In this document: positions 46,019 to 59,424 of the stretch, piece after piece
Numbering within the stretch: the first letter of the stretch is position 1
Layout of the letters: every line of letters begins with the position of its first letter
Assembly: GCA_018398765.1 (NCBI GenBank)
Contig: JAHBMJ010000010.1
Location: 1-59,747 of the forward strand
Source: Chromera velia
Taxonomy: Eukaryota
Length of the DNA: 59,747 nt
Direction: 5' to 3'
The notes under the pieces: generated by a model
The model's database searches: none
Told to the model about the DNA's origin: nothing
The model's input: only the letters and a program-made list of their open reading frames with translations
Made by a program: the position numbers and the translations under genes

Positions 46019-46640
46019 CTCTCCTGATCAAACACTCCTGAGCCAAAAAAAGGGCTCCCAACAGGCCAACACGGTACCACGAAAAAACTGGAAGTCAACG
46101 GACTGAGACTCCTCAAGGGAGACAGATGGCTCGCGCTCTGCAGCGAGCTTCAACTTTGGAATCTCTGTCGTTCCTTGACATTCATGAAGAAACAGACACT
46201 GATTACAACCACCAGATGCGATTCCTCTCGATCGATGCAAGAAAAACTTTGAAAAGCGATTGTCTGTCGAATCAAGCAGCTGATTGCAGCTGATCCTTTA
46301 GTGTCCTGTGTCTGATGCATGGATGTCGATCAGAAGAATTGGAGGGGGGGCCTTGCCCGAGCTATCGGATCCAAGTGCGCGGCGCCGCCGCGTCGGCGTG
46401 CATGCAGGGCGTCGCCCAATGAATGGAACCGTCCGTCTATATTCCGTCTATGCACTACGCGTCTATACCCATGCACGCGTCTGAGGTACGTCCCGATTGC
46501 AACGTCTTTACAATGTCTTTGCATCAATCAGTACAGACAATCACCACAGGTCGACGAGCGGCCATCGTTTCCCTGTTTCATCTCTGTACATACCTTGTCG
46601 ACTGGCGTGTGAGGCGATCCAAAGAGCTCTGCCAGGTAGA
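46019..46640. promoter_or_regulatory. Probable bidirectional promoter between head-to-head genes
   Basis: About 620 bp between divergent ATGs; TGCATGCA at 46399-46406 and repeated CGTCTAT motifs. Confidence 0.45.
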
Positions 46641-47644
46641 ATGGCTCTCCCCAAGATACTCAAAGGCACCGCTGCCTTGCTTGGGCTGGTTGCAGTGGTG
46701 CTCCTTGCTACCGGTCTGGGTCTGGACAGCTGGAGAACCTTTTCGACCGAAGTGAGTCGGCGGTGGGTTTTTATTCATCACTCCTGCCTGTCTGTGGCCG
46801 TTGAACCTTTGCATTTCCTCTGTCTAAATTGCAGATTGCGAGCGTCAAGTCCACGTACGATATCGGACTTCTGTACACGGTCAGTCCTGAAGTACGCTCC
46901 CGGAAGCACAATCCATGACGCACCTGGGTGCTCGTCTCTCATGCATCGTCCCTCCTCCCCCCCCCCTCTGTGTGGGTCCTTGCAGAAATGGACGGTTGAG
47001 GCTGGTGGTGTGACTCGCGAGGAGCGCAACGAAATTAATTGCGACAATCTGGTGGGAGATACGGAGGAAAGATGCAACGTCAGTCAGCAGGGATGCTTGT
47101 CTATCTGTTTGTCTGTCGTTCTGTCAGTTCGTTCATCAGTCAGGCGCTTAGGGAGTCGGACAGCCCGCCAGGAAGTCGGTCAGTCTCACGGCCATGCAGG
47201 CAGACAGTGGCCAAATCATCTTACCTTCCATTCTCTTCCCTGCCAAATGCGAAGCCCTGACAGCAGCAAATCGTCCACCACCAGTCTGTCGTTTCGTTCA
47301 GTCCGTAAGGCGATTCGGCTTTTTGCGGATGGATACACAGTTGTATTCATCTTGCACGGACATGCGACGTCTCCCTTCCTTTTCTCAAGGTCCTGCCTAC
47401 TCTGTTGATACACTGCCCCTTTTGCGATTTGTGTGTGCTGGTGCTTTCCGTGTGTGAGCCGAAGACTCCTATGGCGTTTGCCCTCTGTTGTACCATCTGC
47501 TCCTAGCGCCCTGCCGTGTTCCCCTTGCTTCCTGCGCTCATCTTTATTTTTTTCTTTCTTTCTTTCTTTCGTTCTTTCGTTCTTTCGTTCGTTCGTTCGT
47601 TCGTTCTTTCGTTCTTTCGTTCTTTCGTTCTTTCGTTCTTTCGT

Positions 47645-47706
<62 letters not shown>

Positions 47707-47771
47707 CTTCTTTCCTTTCTTCTTTTCTTCCTTCCTTCCTTTCTTTTCTTTCTTTCTTTCTTTTTTTTTTT

Positions 47772-47854
<83 letters not shown>

Positions 47855-47885
47855 CTTTCTTTCTTTCTTTCTTTCTTTCTTTCCT

Positions 47886-47917
<32 letters not shown>

Positions 47918-47919
47918 TC

Positions 47920-47950
<31 letters not shown>

Positions 47951-48888
47951 TCAACTTCATTCTCTCAGTGTTTGCTCTTTCTTTTTTTCCTTCCATCATT
48001 CTATTTCTTTCCTTTTGTAGCTCTCTACACTCATTTTTTGTTTTCTGTTCTATCCTTAATTTGGTCCTTCTTTCCTTCCTTCCTTCCTTCCTTCCTCTTC
48101 GTTTTTTTTCTGTCTCTGTCTGTCTGTCTGTCTGTCTGTCTGATGTTCGTTTGTCTTTGTTGCTTTCTTTCTTTTCGTCTGTTGTGTTCATGAAGAAAAG
48201 AAGGGAAAGAAACCATATAGTCTTTCTGTCTGGAGGGAGGGGGGGAGCGAAGGAGGGAGAAGAAGACGCATATAGTCTGTCTGTGTGTCTGCCTGCCGGC
48301 CTGTCGGCCTTTCTTGTTTCTCACTTCTCTCTCTGTCGCTTCGCTTATTGATTTGTTCGTTTATTCTTTCCGTTATTTCTTCCTGTCTTGCTTATTTTCT
48401 TTCAAAGAAATCCTTCATCATTTCTTCCTTTCAATCATTCACTCATTAGAGTTTATGGTTCCTGTTTCTCTTCTTCGCTCCGCCTTCCGACAGTTTCCAC
48501 ATCATCCCGATTGCTCATCTTGCTTCTCTGTGTCCATGAACTTTGCTCTTCTCTTGGTTGAGTGCAGCGTACGAAAACCGGTGGGCTGTCGATGATCATT
48601 ATCGGTGGTTTTGCTGCATTGCTCCTCGTGATTGGGGTCGGGCTGGCCGTTTTCGGAATTGCATCGCAATCAAGTTTCGACCTGGCTGGGGTGGGAGTGA
48701 TGATACTGGGGGCCATTCTATGCGTGGTGGGCCTGGGAGTTTGGGGCGGGTTGACACACGAGAACTATATCAGCTCGACGATCGAGTACGAACTCGGGAC
48801 CGCAGCAGCCCTTGCGATCACCGCGTGCGTCCTCTCGTTTCTCGCCGCTGTTGCATACGCTATCGCTTACGCAAAGAGAGATGGATGA
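46641..48888 (+). CDS. Four-transmembrane claudin/PMP22/amastin-like protein, about 189 aa; exons 46641-46751, 46835-46879, 46986-47078, 48568-48888
   Basis: Phase-0 GT-AG introns; TM1 followed by W...IGLL...C...C loop, then three further hydrophobic helices. Confidence 0.85.
47545..48190 (+). repeat. Intronic (TTTC)n/(TTCG)n microsatellite
   Basis: Seen directly. Confidence 0.9.
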
Positions 48889-51800
48889 GGGACCTACACA
48901 GCGTGAGCAGGGTGTAAAGAGGCCAGGATCGATCGAGGGTGTTGAATATAGGAGGTCTGCAATTGACTCGATTAACCCAGCTTTGCCGTGGTATGTTTGT
49001 TTGGATGTATGGCATTGTATGCTGCTTTGCAGAGTCGGCATTAATTACTGTTAATTACTGCATCAAAGTACTAAATCAACAATGAAAATCAATCTGATAA
49101 TTAATGAATACAGTTTAAATAATATTACATAAACCATTTTACAGCACATTAAATTAGAGTATAGCCGTGATTCACCTGTTTATTTATGGAAATCTGAACT
49201 CCGAGTCTCCGATCTCTATTAAACACCTTATAACATCTAAGTTAAAACCTAAGTTAAGGACTATAGGTTTTTTAAAACGTTAAAGCTCAGTGGGAGATGT
49301 TCTCATCACTATACAAAGTATAATGATGATTGAGGGTGTTTTTATGCATGCCGCGTCCCCATATCTAACTGTATGTATGTTATAATCCCGTGTGTGCAGA
49401 ACTTTTGCCAAAGTTGCGTAACACACCTAATACCTAGTAGGTTACTGCCTCGACCAGCCGTGTGACCTCCGTGTCGCAGTTCATTTAAATGTTCGCGTGG
49501 GGCACAAACCTTGATTGTTTATGCGACCACGCGTGGTATATAGGGCCCTTCGCAGTGTCAGACCGTGAACTGCCCTCTGAGATGCACTCTTGCATTTAAT
49601 TTATATTTTCGTCTAAAAAAAATTTCGGTCATATGAAATATAGCCGTTTTGTCAGCTATGCACTTTATTTGCATGTTGCTCCAAAGATGTGCAATCATGC
49701 ATATATACAATCCACGACCACCAGCACAGTATCTGCGACTTACTGTTCACACTAGCCTCATTTTTACATTGCTTTCATCTCACTGCGTGCTCTTAATGCC
49801 TCTCATTTGTTTGCTTTATCCCACTGTACTCCATTCTTTCCTTTCCGCTTGCCTGTGTCATTGCACGATCTTCGTTATCTGCATGCATCCTACGGCTCTC
49901 GGACTGCCCAAAATGATGTGGTCGTGTTAGCTTATTGCACTGATATATTCACTTATGCAGGTCTGTTGCTCGCATTCGATCATGCATTCACTCAACAATG
50001 TCATATATATATTAATCTCTATTCATCTTATCACTGCTCGATCCCATAATAATCGCTTTCACTGCGTGCTTTCGCATGACAATCCACTGCCCTGCCTATT
50101 TCGTTTCACTGTTCTCATTGCACCTTTGTACGCCATATCTCTCCCACTGTCATCTAAGTTGCCTCTTTGCCGAGCCTTTCACGCTCACGTCAGCTCTCAC
50201 ATCGAGTCTCATTAAATCTCAGTCTTCTCAGTTCAGTGCTCTGATTTCAATGTATGGCCTCTTCCCGCTGTATTCTCTCTCATGTTTGGTTCTCGCTTTT
50301 TTCTGCCCACAGCCATCAAGTTTGAACTCATTGCTCTTATGCCCCAGCTATCACCCGGCGTAAACAGGCGGGCATGCAGGCAGGCAGGCAGGCAGATATG
50401 CCAAACGGCAGAATAGGCAGACCCGTAAAATGAGAGAATGGCACTGGCAGAATAGCAAAAACTTCAATTTTAAGGCAGAGAGACATGCAAACACGCAGAC
50501 ATAGGCACTGCCAGGCACGCAGACATGCAAACATGCAGCTCGTGCTGTCGTTCATCCATCTCCCTGGACCCGGCCGGGCCACCCCATCCCGATCCATAGT
50601 GTGTCCCTTCTCCTTGTGCTTGGGCCACTCCCATTGACTGGACTCCTCTCCCTCTGTTTCTATCCCTGCCTTGTCTAGTGCCTCCTTGAGGGCTGACTCC
50701 GCGAAGTCGCTCAGCCTGAGGGCGTTTCCTGCAATTAGTGATGAAGAAGAGACCGCGGGAGGATAATGGGCCGTAGCACTCTGTTCGCGTAGGTCAAAGG
50801 AGTTTGCACTGGGCTGACTGACCGCGTCATTCCCCCCCTCCCCCACCCTCGCCCTCAGCTGCTTCCATGCAGCTTCTGCCGAGGGTCTGGATGAGGGAAG
50901 AGGGTTATCGTAGATGTGCGCACGGGCTGTGGATCCACCTGTGGGAGGGCGATCGACGGTTCTCTCCATCTTCGGTCGTCTCCTTTTTTTTCACCTTCGT
51001 CTCTATCCATCCAAGCGTTCCTCCTCCTGTCCCACTACCCGTCTACACTTCACAACGAGACCTCTCTATGTTCTCTCCGAGTCTCTGCACACTCATAAGT
51101 CACGGCACTTCGTCTATCGAATTTACAAATGTGGTTTCACGACAAACTTGGGTGGAGACGGATGTGTTGCTGTAACACTTTCGAGATCTCCGCCTTTTGG
51201 CGGTCTCTCGGAGTGTGAGGACCACCTTTTTCTTTCTCTCAGCTCACTGTATGATCTGAAACTCAGTGATCATTCATTAATTTTCCTTTAGCCCGTACGT
51301 GATAATTAACACACTCACAAAAGTTGGGTGACAAGACTTTAGTCACTTCTGCGTGCAAAGCGCGCGCACTCACTTATATGTATAATGACGTTAAATCTCC
51401 TCAAATAATATAGTGAGCACATTTTGTCCACACTTTTTTGTCCATTTGTCCATACGCGGTAGTAGGCCCGACCGACTCACTCAGTGCCGGGGTCTTTGGT
51501 GGGCCCGCGCCATATGGCTTGCAAGAATTATGTTAACCGTCTGCATGCACGCAGGAGTCCACTTCGGCACCTCCGACAGTCACTTTGGCTGTAAGTTTAG
51601 CATTAGAGAACGCTACTCAATTCTCTAAAACATCTACTTCTTTCACTAAGGCATTTTGTTTTGAACAAACGAGGCCCCCACCTACTGCGGAAACTTGCAG
51701 TTCTTCTTGACATTCTCTCGTTCGATCATCCATCTCCCCGTCTCCAACCCTGTTTCACTTCTCCTCACCAAATCAGGATGTATCAGAGCAGAGGCGTTTT

Positions 51801-51929
51801 CATTTTCGTGTGCATTCGCTACTCTCTTTCAAAATTGCCTGTGCTTTTTCAAAAAGACCTACGAAAAGGAGACGAATCGGAGTGGCACTGTTTTTCCGAG
51901 GCAGTAGAGGCAAACATATCGACGAGAGA

Positions 51930-52036
51930 TTCTCTCTCTTTCACTCCCTCCCTCCCTCCCTCCCTCCCCCCCTCTCTCTTTCTCTCTCTCTCTCTTTCTC
52001 TTTCTCTCTCTATCTCTCTCTCTTTCTCTTTCTCTT

Positions 52037-52077
<41 letters not shown>

Positions 52078-52113
52078 CTCTCTTTTTCTCTCTTTCTCTC
52101 TTTTTCTTTCTCT

Positions 52114-52161
<48 letters not shown>

Positions 52162-52678
52162 GTCTGTCTCTCTCTCTCTCTCTCTGTCTCTGTCTCTCTC
52201 TCTCTCTCTTCTTCTGTCTCTTTCTCTCTATCTTTCCCTCCCTTTCTTTTTGGCTTGCTCGCGCACTCTTGTATATCTATGAAATCCCTTCTTGCTTTTT
52301 TGTGCATGTGCGTATGCTGTGCATGATGTGTACATATTTGTGTTTATGTACGTGATAGTGTATATGAACAGTACGTGCGTGTGCGTGCGCGTGTGTGTAT
52401 GTGTGTGCATATGTTAGCCTGTGAAACTAGCTCCCACGCGCGCCGTATACATCTTTGAATAGTCAACAGTATGCGTCAGTATGTGATGAACTCTTTCTGT
52501 TGCTCTGGTTACTCTTTCTCTCTCTCTGTCTCCTTGGCTCTCTCTTTGCCTCTGTCTGTCGCACATGCTTCTTTTACTACATGACATTCGTCAGGTGTAG
52601 TATAAAGCATTCAATGAGGAATATCAACACTGAGGCATATCTCTCTGAACTTACAAATGTCATTCGCTCCTCTCTTTC

Positions 52679-52713
<35 letters not shown>

Positions 52714-52992
52714 TTCTTTTCTTCTGTCTCTTTTTTTCTATCTTTCCCTTCCTTTCTCTTCAACTCGCTTGCTCACTCCTTCTCTCCGTATATCTATGAA
52801 TATCTCTTCTTGCTTTTCTGTGCATGTGCGTATGCTGTATATGATCTGTACACATTTGCGTTTCTGTATATGATTATGTATGTGAATGGTATGTGTGTGC
52901 GCATGTATGTGTGTATGTATATGCGTGTGTGTGTGTATGTACGTGTGTGTATGTGTGTGTATGTATGTGTGTGTATGTGTATGTGTGTGTAT

Positions 52993-53039
<47 letters not shown>

Positions 53040-53056
53040 TGTTTGTGTATCTGTCA

Positions 53057-53101
<45 letters not shown>

Positions 53102-53130
53102 CCTTTTTCCCTTTCTTTCTCTCTAGCTCT

Positions 53131-53188
<58 letters not shown>

Positions 53189-53649
53189 TTACTTCTATCT
53201 CTTTCTCTCTATCTTTCCCTCCCTTTCTTTTTGGCTTGCTCGCGCACTCCATCTCTCTGTATATCTATAAATATCCCTTCTTGCTTTTTTGTGCATGTGC
53301 GTATGCTGTGCATGATGTATACACATTTGCGTTTGTGTACGTGATTGTGTATGTGAACGGTATATGCCCGCGCGCGCACATGTGTATGTGTGTGCATATG
53401 TCAGCCTGTGAAACTAGCTCCCACGCATGCCGTATACATCTTTGAATAGTCAACAGTGTGCATCAGTATGTGATGAACTCTTTCTGTTGCTCTGGTTGCT
53501 CTTTCTCTCTCTCTGTCTCCTTGGCTCTCTCTTTGCCTCTGTCTGTCACATATGCTTCTTTTGCTATATGGCATTTGTCAAGTGCAGTACGAAGCATCCA
53601 ATGAGGAATATCAACACTGAGGCATATCTCTCTGAACTTACAAATGTCA

Positions 53650-53695
<46 letters not shown>

Positions 53696-53750
53696 TTCTC
53701 TTCTTCTGTCTCTTTTTCTCTATCTTTCCCTTCCTTTCTCTTCAGCTCGC
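51930..53750 (+). repeat. Microsatellite-rich tandem duplication, period about 980 bp
   Basis: 52231-52770 is closely similar to 53212-53750, with a more diverged partial copy at about 52740-52900; (CT)n and (GT)n tracts. Confidence 0.85.
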
Positions 53751-54779
53751 TTGGATAACGATGGCATGACGCAGCCGCGTCATAGTCATAGTTATAGTAA
53801 GTAGTAGTTAATCAAATCCTTAGGTTGTTAATTTTTGTTTTGTCTACATTTTTTTTTTTCTATACATTTTTTGTTGAAAACAAAAAAAAAAAGTTTCTTT
53901 CATACATTTGTTTTTCTCAAGGCTCGCTGGAGTGTAGCTTGAATTTCTAAAAATCTAGTATCCGTTTGATTTAGCCTATGATTCGATCTACACTGTCGAT
54001 AAGGCAAGTTGAGGCGAATCGATCCGATTAGTATGCAGGCTTCCTTATCCCCCCCCCCCATGAATGTGTGCTCTCAGTTGTCCTCAAAGCCTTGCTAGTA
54101 GCTTGGGATTTGGCGTCGCTAAATCAAGGATTTAACCCTCAATCATCATCATCATCATCACATTGTGACAATTAAAACATATTATGTATCGTGAAATTTT
54201 TTTTCGGTGGATGCAAAATATTGTAAAACAACTTACTGGCCCGGTCTCGCTATCTTAATTTAGAATACTTTAGAACTATTATTGTTCATAATTTTTCATA
54301 ATTTTTCACAATATGGTTGTCCATACCTGTTTTTATACTGCTATATACGTATTGTATACTATGTGTGCACAAAGATTTGCACAAATAACACTGGAATTGT
54401 AGCTTAGTGGATGATATAACATAATATAACAAACTAAGTTGCTCTTCCCATGATGGCCGGACATGGTGCTGATGCTCTCACAAACCCGAACAGTGCGCTT
54501 CCAGCGCGTCCTCCGCGCGCCACGGCCCTCAATTAAGGCTGGGGCGCGTCCGAACTTGTGACGTACAAACTAGTACAAACATTATTTAAGGGGGTCCCCC
54601 CCTGGGGGGAGATGCATTTGAGATCTGTTCTTAGCACGCCCGCCTTCCTTTTGTCTTTTCATCCCCATACTGCAACACATCTGGCTACATTGGAACATTC
54701 TAGGTTCTACTCGATCAGTCTTTTGCGGTTCAGTCGTCCATGAGGATGCGTGCACTGCTGAATCCCCCCATCCTTCACC

Positions 54780-55116
54780 GGAGTGGCCTCGCGTGCCCCT
54801 GATGCACGCAGTCGCTGCCTGTAGGTGGGCAACTTGCAGCCGAGCTTGGATTCGGCCACACACCTCCCCATACCTCTGCCCCCACTTCTCTTTTAACAGT
54901 CCGGCCAGCCTGCACAAGAATGTGTTGGCTTCCTTGTGGAGTGTGCCATCGACCAGGCTCACTAGTGAGATGAAGTCGTATCCCCTGTCCCCACATGCCC
55001 CTGCGTGCTTCGTTTTCTTCTCTTGAGCTTGGGAAGAGAGGACGGCGGTCCAGGGGGTATCGTCTTTGGAAGCGGCACACGGGTTGCTCACCCTTGTGTC
55101 GTTGACACTCTTCCAT
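54780..55116 (-). mobile_element. 3' fragment of a CRE-like non-LTR retrotransposon (restriction-like endonuclease domain)
   Basis: DTRVSNPCAAS...EKKTKH...F.SLVS.VDG.L.KEA..FL.RLA..L.EKW...Y..V...IQARL...ACIRGTR matches the CRE-clade C-terminal pattern. Confidence 0.8.
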
Positions 55117-55947
55117 TCAGCATGTGCTGCACTGTGCTTCGAGGTGGCCCTGTGGTCAGTCTCTGAATCCCTCTCCCCCCGGATGCATGCATGTCGACTC
55201 ACGGTACTTCTTTTCTGTGCCTGCCTGAAGACGCTTTCTTACCCCTAGGTCTCCTTGTCTTGTTGCCAAGACTCACGCCTGTTTGGATGTGGTGATAGCC
55301 TTGTTTCCTTCGCTTGCCTCCAGGCTGAGCCTCCAGTTGCCCCTCTTCACCCTGTTCTTTTTGTCTGTCCTTCCGTGTGCGTTTCAGATACTCTCCACAT
55401 AAGTTTTCTTGCAGAAGCATTCTTGACACTCTTCCGGCCATTCAGCATATGCTGCACTGCGCTTCGAAACAAAAAACTAACTGTCTTTGCTCTCTGCAGA
55501 AGCAAGGGCGACCTGCACGCTCACGCTTCCCTCTTTCTCGGACGACGGTTCGACGTAGACCTCTCGCAAGGTAGGCGCTCAGTCTGTCTTGAATAGTTTG
55601 ACTAGTTGTCCTGACCGAGGAAGCGTTTTGCATTGATTAAATTTTGAGCGTGTCTGAAACATGGTACGTGTGCCTGGGGGGGCAGAGTCTCAATGAAGCA
55701 TCTGTGCCATGTCCGAACAGTCTCAGACCACGCGTCGCCTGGATGACCGGTCAACTGTATTTGGGTCTCCCTCCTTTCCTTATCCTCAACCGATCAGGGA
55801 ATCGGTCAGAAGAGACAGCCGGAGGAGCGACAGCCGGTTGGTCTGGAGGGACCTAATGCGGGAAAGCCGACTTTCAGCCAGTCGTTCCCACCTCTCAGAC
55901 AGTCAGCTGTCTGAACGACTGCACGGATGACGAAGCTCAACAGGTTC

Positions 55948-56570
55948 ACGGGGGAATGAAGGAGAGCAGCAGGCAGGGGTGACAGCAGAGCAAACGGGGG
56001 AATGAAGGAGAGGAGCAGGCAGGGGCGACAGCAGAGCAAACGAGGGAATGAAGGAGAGGAGCAGGCAGGGGCGACAGCAGAGCAAACGGGGGAATGAAGG
56101 AGAGGAGCAGGCAGGGGCGACAGCAGAGCAAACGGGGGAATGAAGGAGAGGAGCAGGCAGGGGCGATAGCAGAGCAAACGGGGGAATGAAGGAGAGGAGC
56201 AGGCAGGGGCGACAGCAGAGCAAACGGGGGAATGAAGGAGAGGAGCAGGCAGGGGCGATAGCAGAGCAAACGGGGGAATGAAGGAGAGGAGCAGGCAGGG
56301 GCGACAGCAGAGCAAACGGGGGAATGAAGGAGAGGAGCAGGCAGGGGCGACAGCAGAGCAAACAGGGGAATGAAGGAGAGGAGCAGGCAGGGGCGACAGC
56401 AGAGCAAACGGGGGAATGAAGGAGAGGAGCAGGCAGGGGCGACAGCAGAGCAAACGGGGGAATGAAGGAGAGGAGCAGGCAGGGGCGACAGCAGAGCAAA
56501 CGGGGGAATGAAGGAGAGGAGCAGGCAGGGGCGACAGCAGATCAAACGGGGGAGTGAAGGAGAGGAGCAG
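55948..56570 (+). repeat. 46-bp minisatellite, about 13.5 copies
   Basis: GGGGAATGAAGGAGAGGAGCAGGCAGGGGCGACAGCAGAGCAAACG; no unique spacers. Confidence 0.95.
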
Positions 56571-57529
56571 CAAAGGCCGCACAGCGGAGAAGGGGGGAAG
56601 GAATCAAGAGTCGAAGGAAGAAAGGAACGAATGAATGTTGGCACTTGGTTTAGTAGCTAGCGCGCGGACAGTGGCGGGTGGCGGGCACCGGGGAGAAACA
56701 AGGCGGGAACGAAGGGGGGAGCGGAAGGGGGGAGGACGGAGGATGACGGAGACTAGCAGCGGCAACGGCACCGGCGGGGGTTGTGACGGCAGGCAGCATG
56801 GATAGGGGGGCGAACGATCTAACGGTCCAACGATCGATCAATGGAATGAAAGGACAAGGAGCGGTAGCGGCGGCGCGAAAGATGCAGCACGGCTCAGCGG
56901 CGAAGACTGCATTGGGGATGGCCGGCAGAAGACAAACTGGAGTTGCCCCCTTACTGATTGCTCCGCCTATTCCCAGCTGTCGGCAGATGCTTCAGCTTCT
57001 GCATGAGAGGCTGAGACATGATCTCCCCCCTCATGGCACCCACACGAGCATAAGTTCGTGTACTGTACCAGACATCAATTTGTTGTTTGCTTGCCAATGC
57101 CTTCCCAAGCCTTTCAAGCATGCAAGAATATGCTACAGTCTCTCGATAACTTCTTGAACACGTATGCGAGCAGGGATGCTTTGGTAGAAACTTAATCTCG
57201 TCCCTTGTGGCAGTGCCTGTGCCTCTATTTTTTCTCTTTCCTATGCCTCGACAGAGAAGCACGTTGAAGGAGAGTGTTTTTCTCTCGCAGCTCCGTGTCA
57301 GTTGGTGTTGCTGCCTAAATTTATTGTGCGCTCTGATATGTTGCAGGGACCCTCTCCGGAGATTGGCGGCCCTGTGGTCAGTCTCTGAATCTCTCTCCCC
57401 CGGATGCATGCATGTCGACTCACGGTACTTCTTTTCTAACTGCCTGCCTGAAGACGCTTTCTTACCCCTAGGTCTCCTTGTCTTGTTGCCAAGACTCAGG
57501 CGCTTTCTCCCCCCAATCCCTCGGTAGTT

Positions 57530-57592
<63 letters not shown>

Positions 57593-58917
57593 ATGTGTGT
57601 TTGTCCCCTCAGACTTCCCCGTATTCTCCTGTACCGCTTTTCATGAAGCTTTCTGAACAAATTACCACTGTCGTGCTGGAAGAAAATCTTTTGGCACGAT
57701 CTTGAACGATACAAACTGTTGCAGGAAGGAAGCAGCTAGAAAAGGATTTTGTTCCTAGCCCTGCTCCTGTAGGGGTGCTGACTGCTGACTTTTAGTGAAG
57801 TAAATTGTGTCTAAGCGTGATACGGCGTGATATGGCATGATCCTAATAGTTTGAAAGTTTTATATTAAATCAAGTGATTTGATCCTACTTTAACCTTAAG
57901 CCATTAAAAAATCATTATAGGACTATAAAAAGTCCACAGCTTTTGGTTTTTAAATAAATTTTTATAGGTTTTTCGTTACTTTTCATGTAAATTTGGATCA
58001 CATATTTAATAATAGTTAAAATATTTTATCATATGCGTTGGCTTATAGCTATATATCTGCCAGTGTGGTGTGTAAGTATAAATCAAATTTAATCAGTGTT
58101 ATGTTAGATTTCCCTATGATTTCTTTGTCACATCATATGACTCATATATCCGTTGGTTAACTAGTCCGAGTCCACTGCCAGGACTGCTGACAATTAACCT
58201 AGAACTGAATTAAGCTGAAGCCTAAGTCATCCCCCAGACCTCTCATCTCACTTTTTCCCTTTTTTACAGTCTTTCAACCACTTTCAACTTGAAGTTTTGT
58301 TTTTGTTGATGCCCTTGATGAGCACGTTTTCATTGAAGAAGTCGAGGGGAAAGTCCAGATAATGTGGCCAAGCTAACCGACTGAACTCTGATTGAATTCA
58401 TTTCAGTGGCAGACTCCTCAGACCATGCAGTGAGGGCCACACCTTGCTTCTGTCTACATGAAGCGAGGGAGAAAGAACATTTTTCCAAAAACAAATAGAT
58501 TCGAGCATGCATACAGGCAGGCGAAGGCATCCACGGCGACTGCTGGCTGTGAAGCAGGAACAAAAAAAAACAGTTGATCTATGCATTGTGAGTCTGTTTG
58601 TGCGTAGCGAGTGAAAGAGGACGTGACAGAGACATTCAGGCAGAACAGACAGGAGCGAGAAGACCCCTTCTTCCCTCAACTGAAATCAATTTTCTCTCTG
58701 CTCACAATCACCTCCTCTCTCTCTCTCTCTCTCCCTCCCTGAGGCAAGAAAGGGACGACAAGGAAGGAACAACTCCCATGCAGCTACCCCTTTTCCTCCT
58801 GCACAAATGCGATGAAATCACTTCTTCCCATGCAGCCTCCCTCCTGCCACTTTCTTTCCATGCATGCATGGTCAAGTGCATCGATCGTTCATTCACAGAA
58901 CGCTTGACGGATTCAGT

Positions 58918-59229
58918 TCACTTTTTCACCAGCGCGACCCCGGCAGCCCCCGCAGACACCCATCCGAGTGCAGTAGCAACGATTGCCAGGATGGCGGCTG
59001 TGCCCAGCTCCCACTCCACCGAATCTGCAAGGTAGTTGTCACTCGTCAGGGCACCCCAAGTGGCCATTCCGACGAGAGCGCACACCGCCCCGAGACCAGA
59101 CACGCCCACTCCGATCATTTCAAGACCGTCCTTCATCATTCCGATGAGCGCCAAGACAGCACCGGTGAAGAGGAAGAAGGCACCGGCAGCTCCTAGAGAC
59201 AGCATCGTCAGACCGGCGTTGTAGTAGTC
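58918..59229 (-). CDS. Last exon of a paralogous claudin/amastin-like 4-TM gene (5' exons not located, probably beyond the window)
   Basis: GVGV..LGA..(A/C).VG...WG.LT..NY....E.ELGTAA.LAI shared with 48568-48888; acceptor AG at the equivalent position. Confidence 0.85.
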   Translation of the reverse strand, partial: DYYNAGLTMLSLGAAGAFFLFTGAVLALIGMMKDGLEMIGVGVSGLGAVCALVGMATWGALTSDNYLADSVEWELGTAAILAIVATALGWVSAGAAGVALVKK

Positions 59230-59354
59230 CTGCATGAGAAACGATCGATAGAAGCACGGGGAATCAAACTAAGAGGCCAAAAAGAGATAAAAGACGACCT
59301 ATCAGGTGCAGCAAATCCCAGCGACTCGCACTGTCTCCCCCCAATCCCTCGGTA

Positions 59355-59424
<70 letters not shown>

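Noticed and set aside
35032..53804. Long F/L/S-rich or E/R/K-rich ORFs over microsatellites, and antisense ORFs over real genes (for example 40427-41911, 47488-48351, 52657-53445)
   Set aside because: Artefacts of simple repeats or shadow frames.
53766..53810. Helitron 3' end (hairpin ATGACGC-agcc-GCGTCAT)
   Set aside because: No CTRR terminus at the expected spacing and no matching 5' end found.
55948..56570. CRISPR array (also considered for 32385-32620 and 40535-41545)
   Set aside because: Contiguous tandem units without unique spacers, no cas genes, eukaryotic context.
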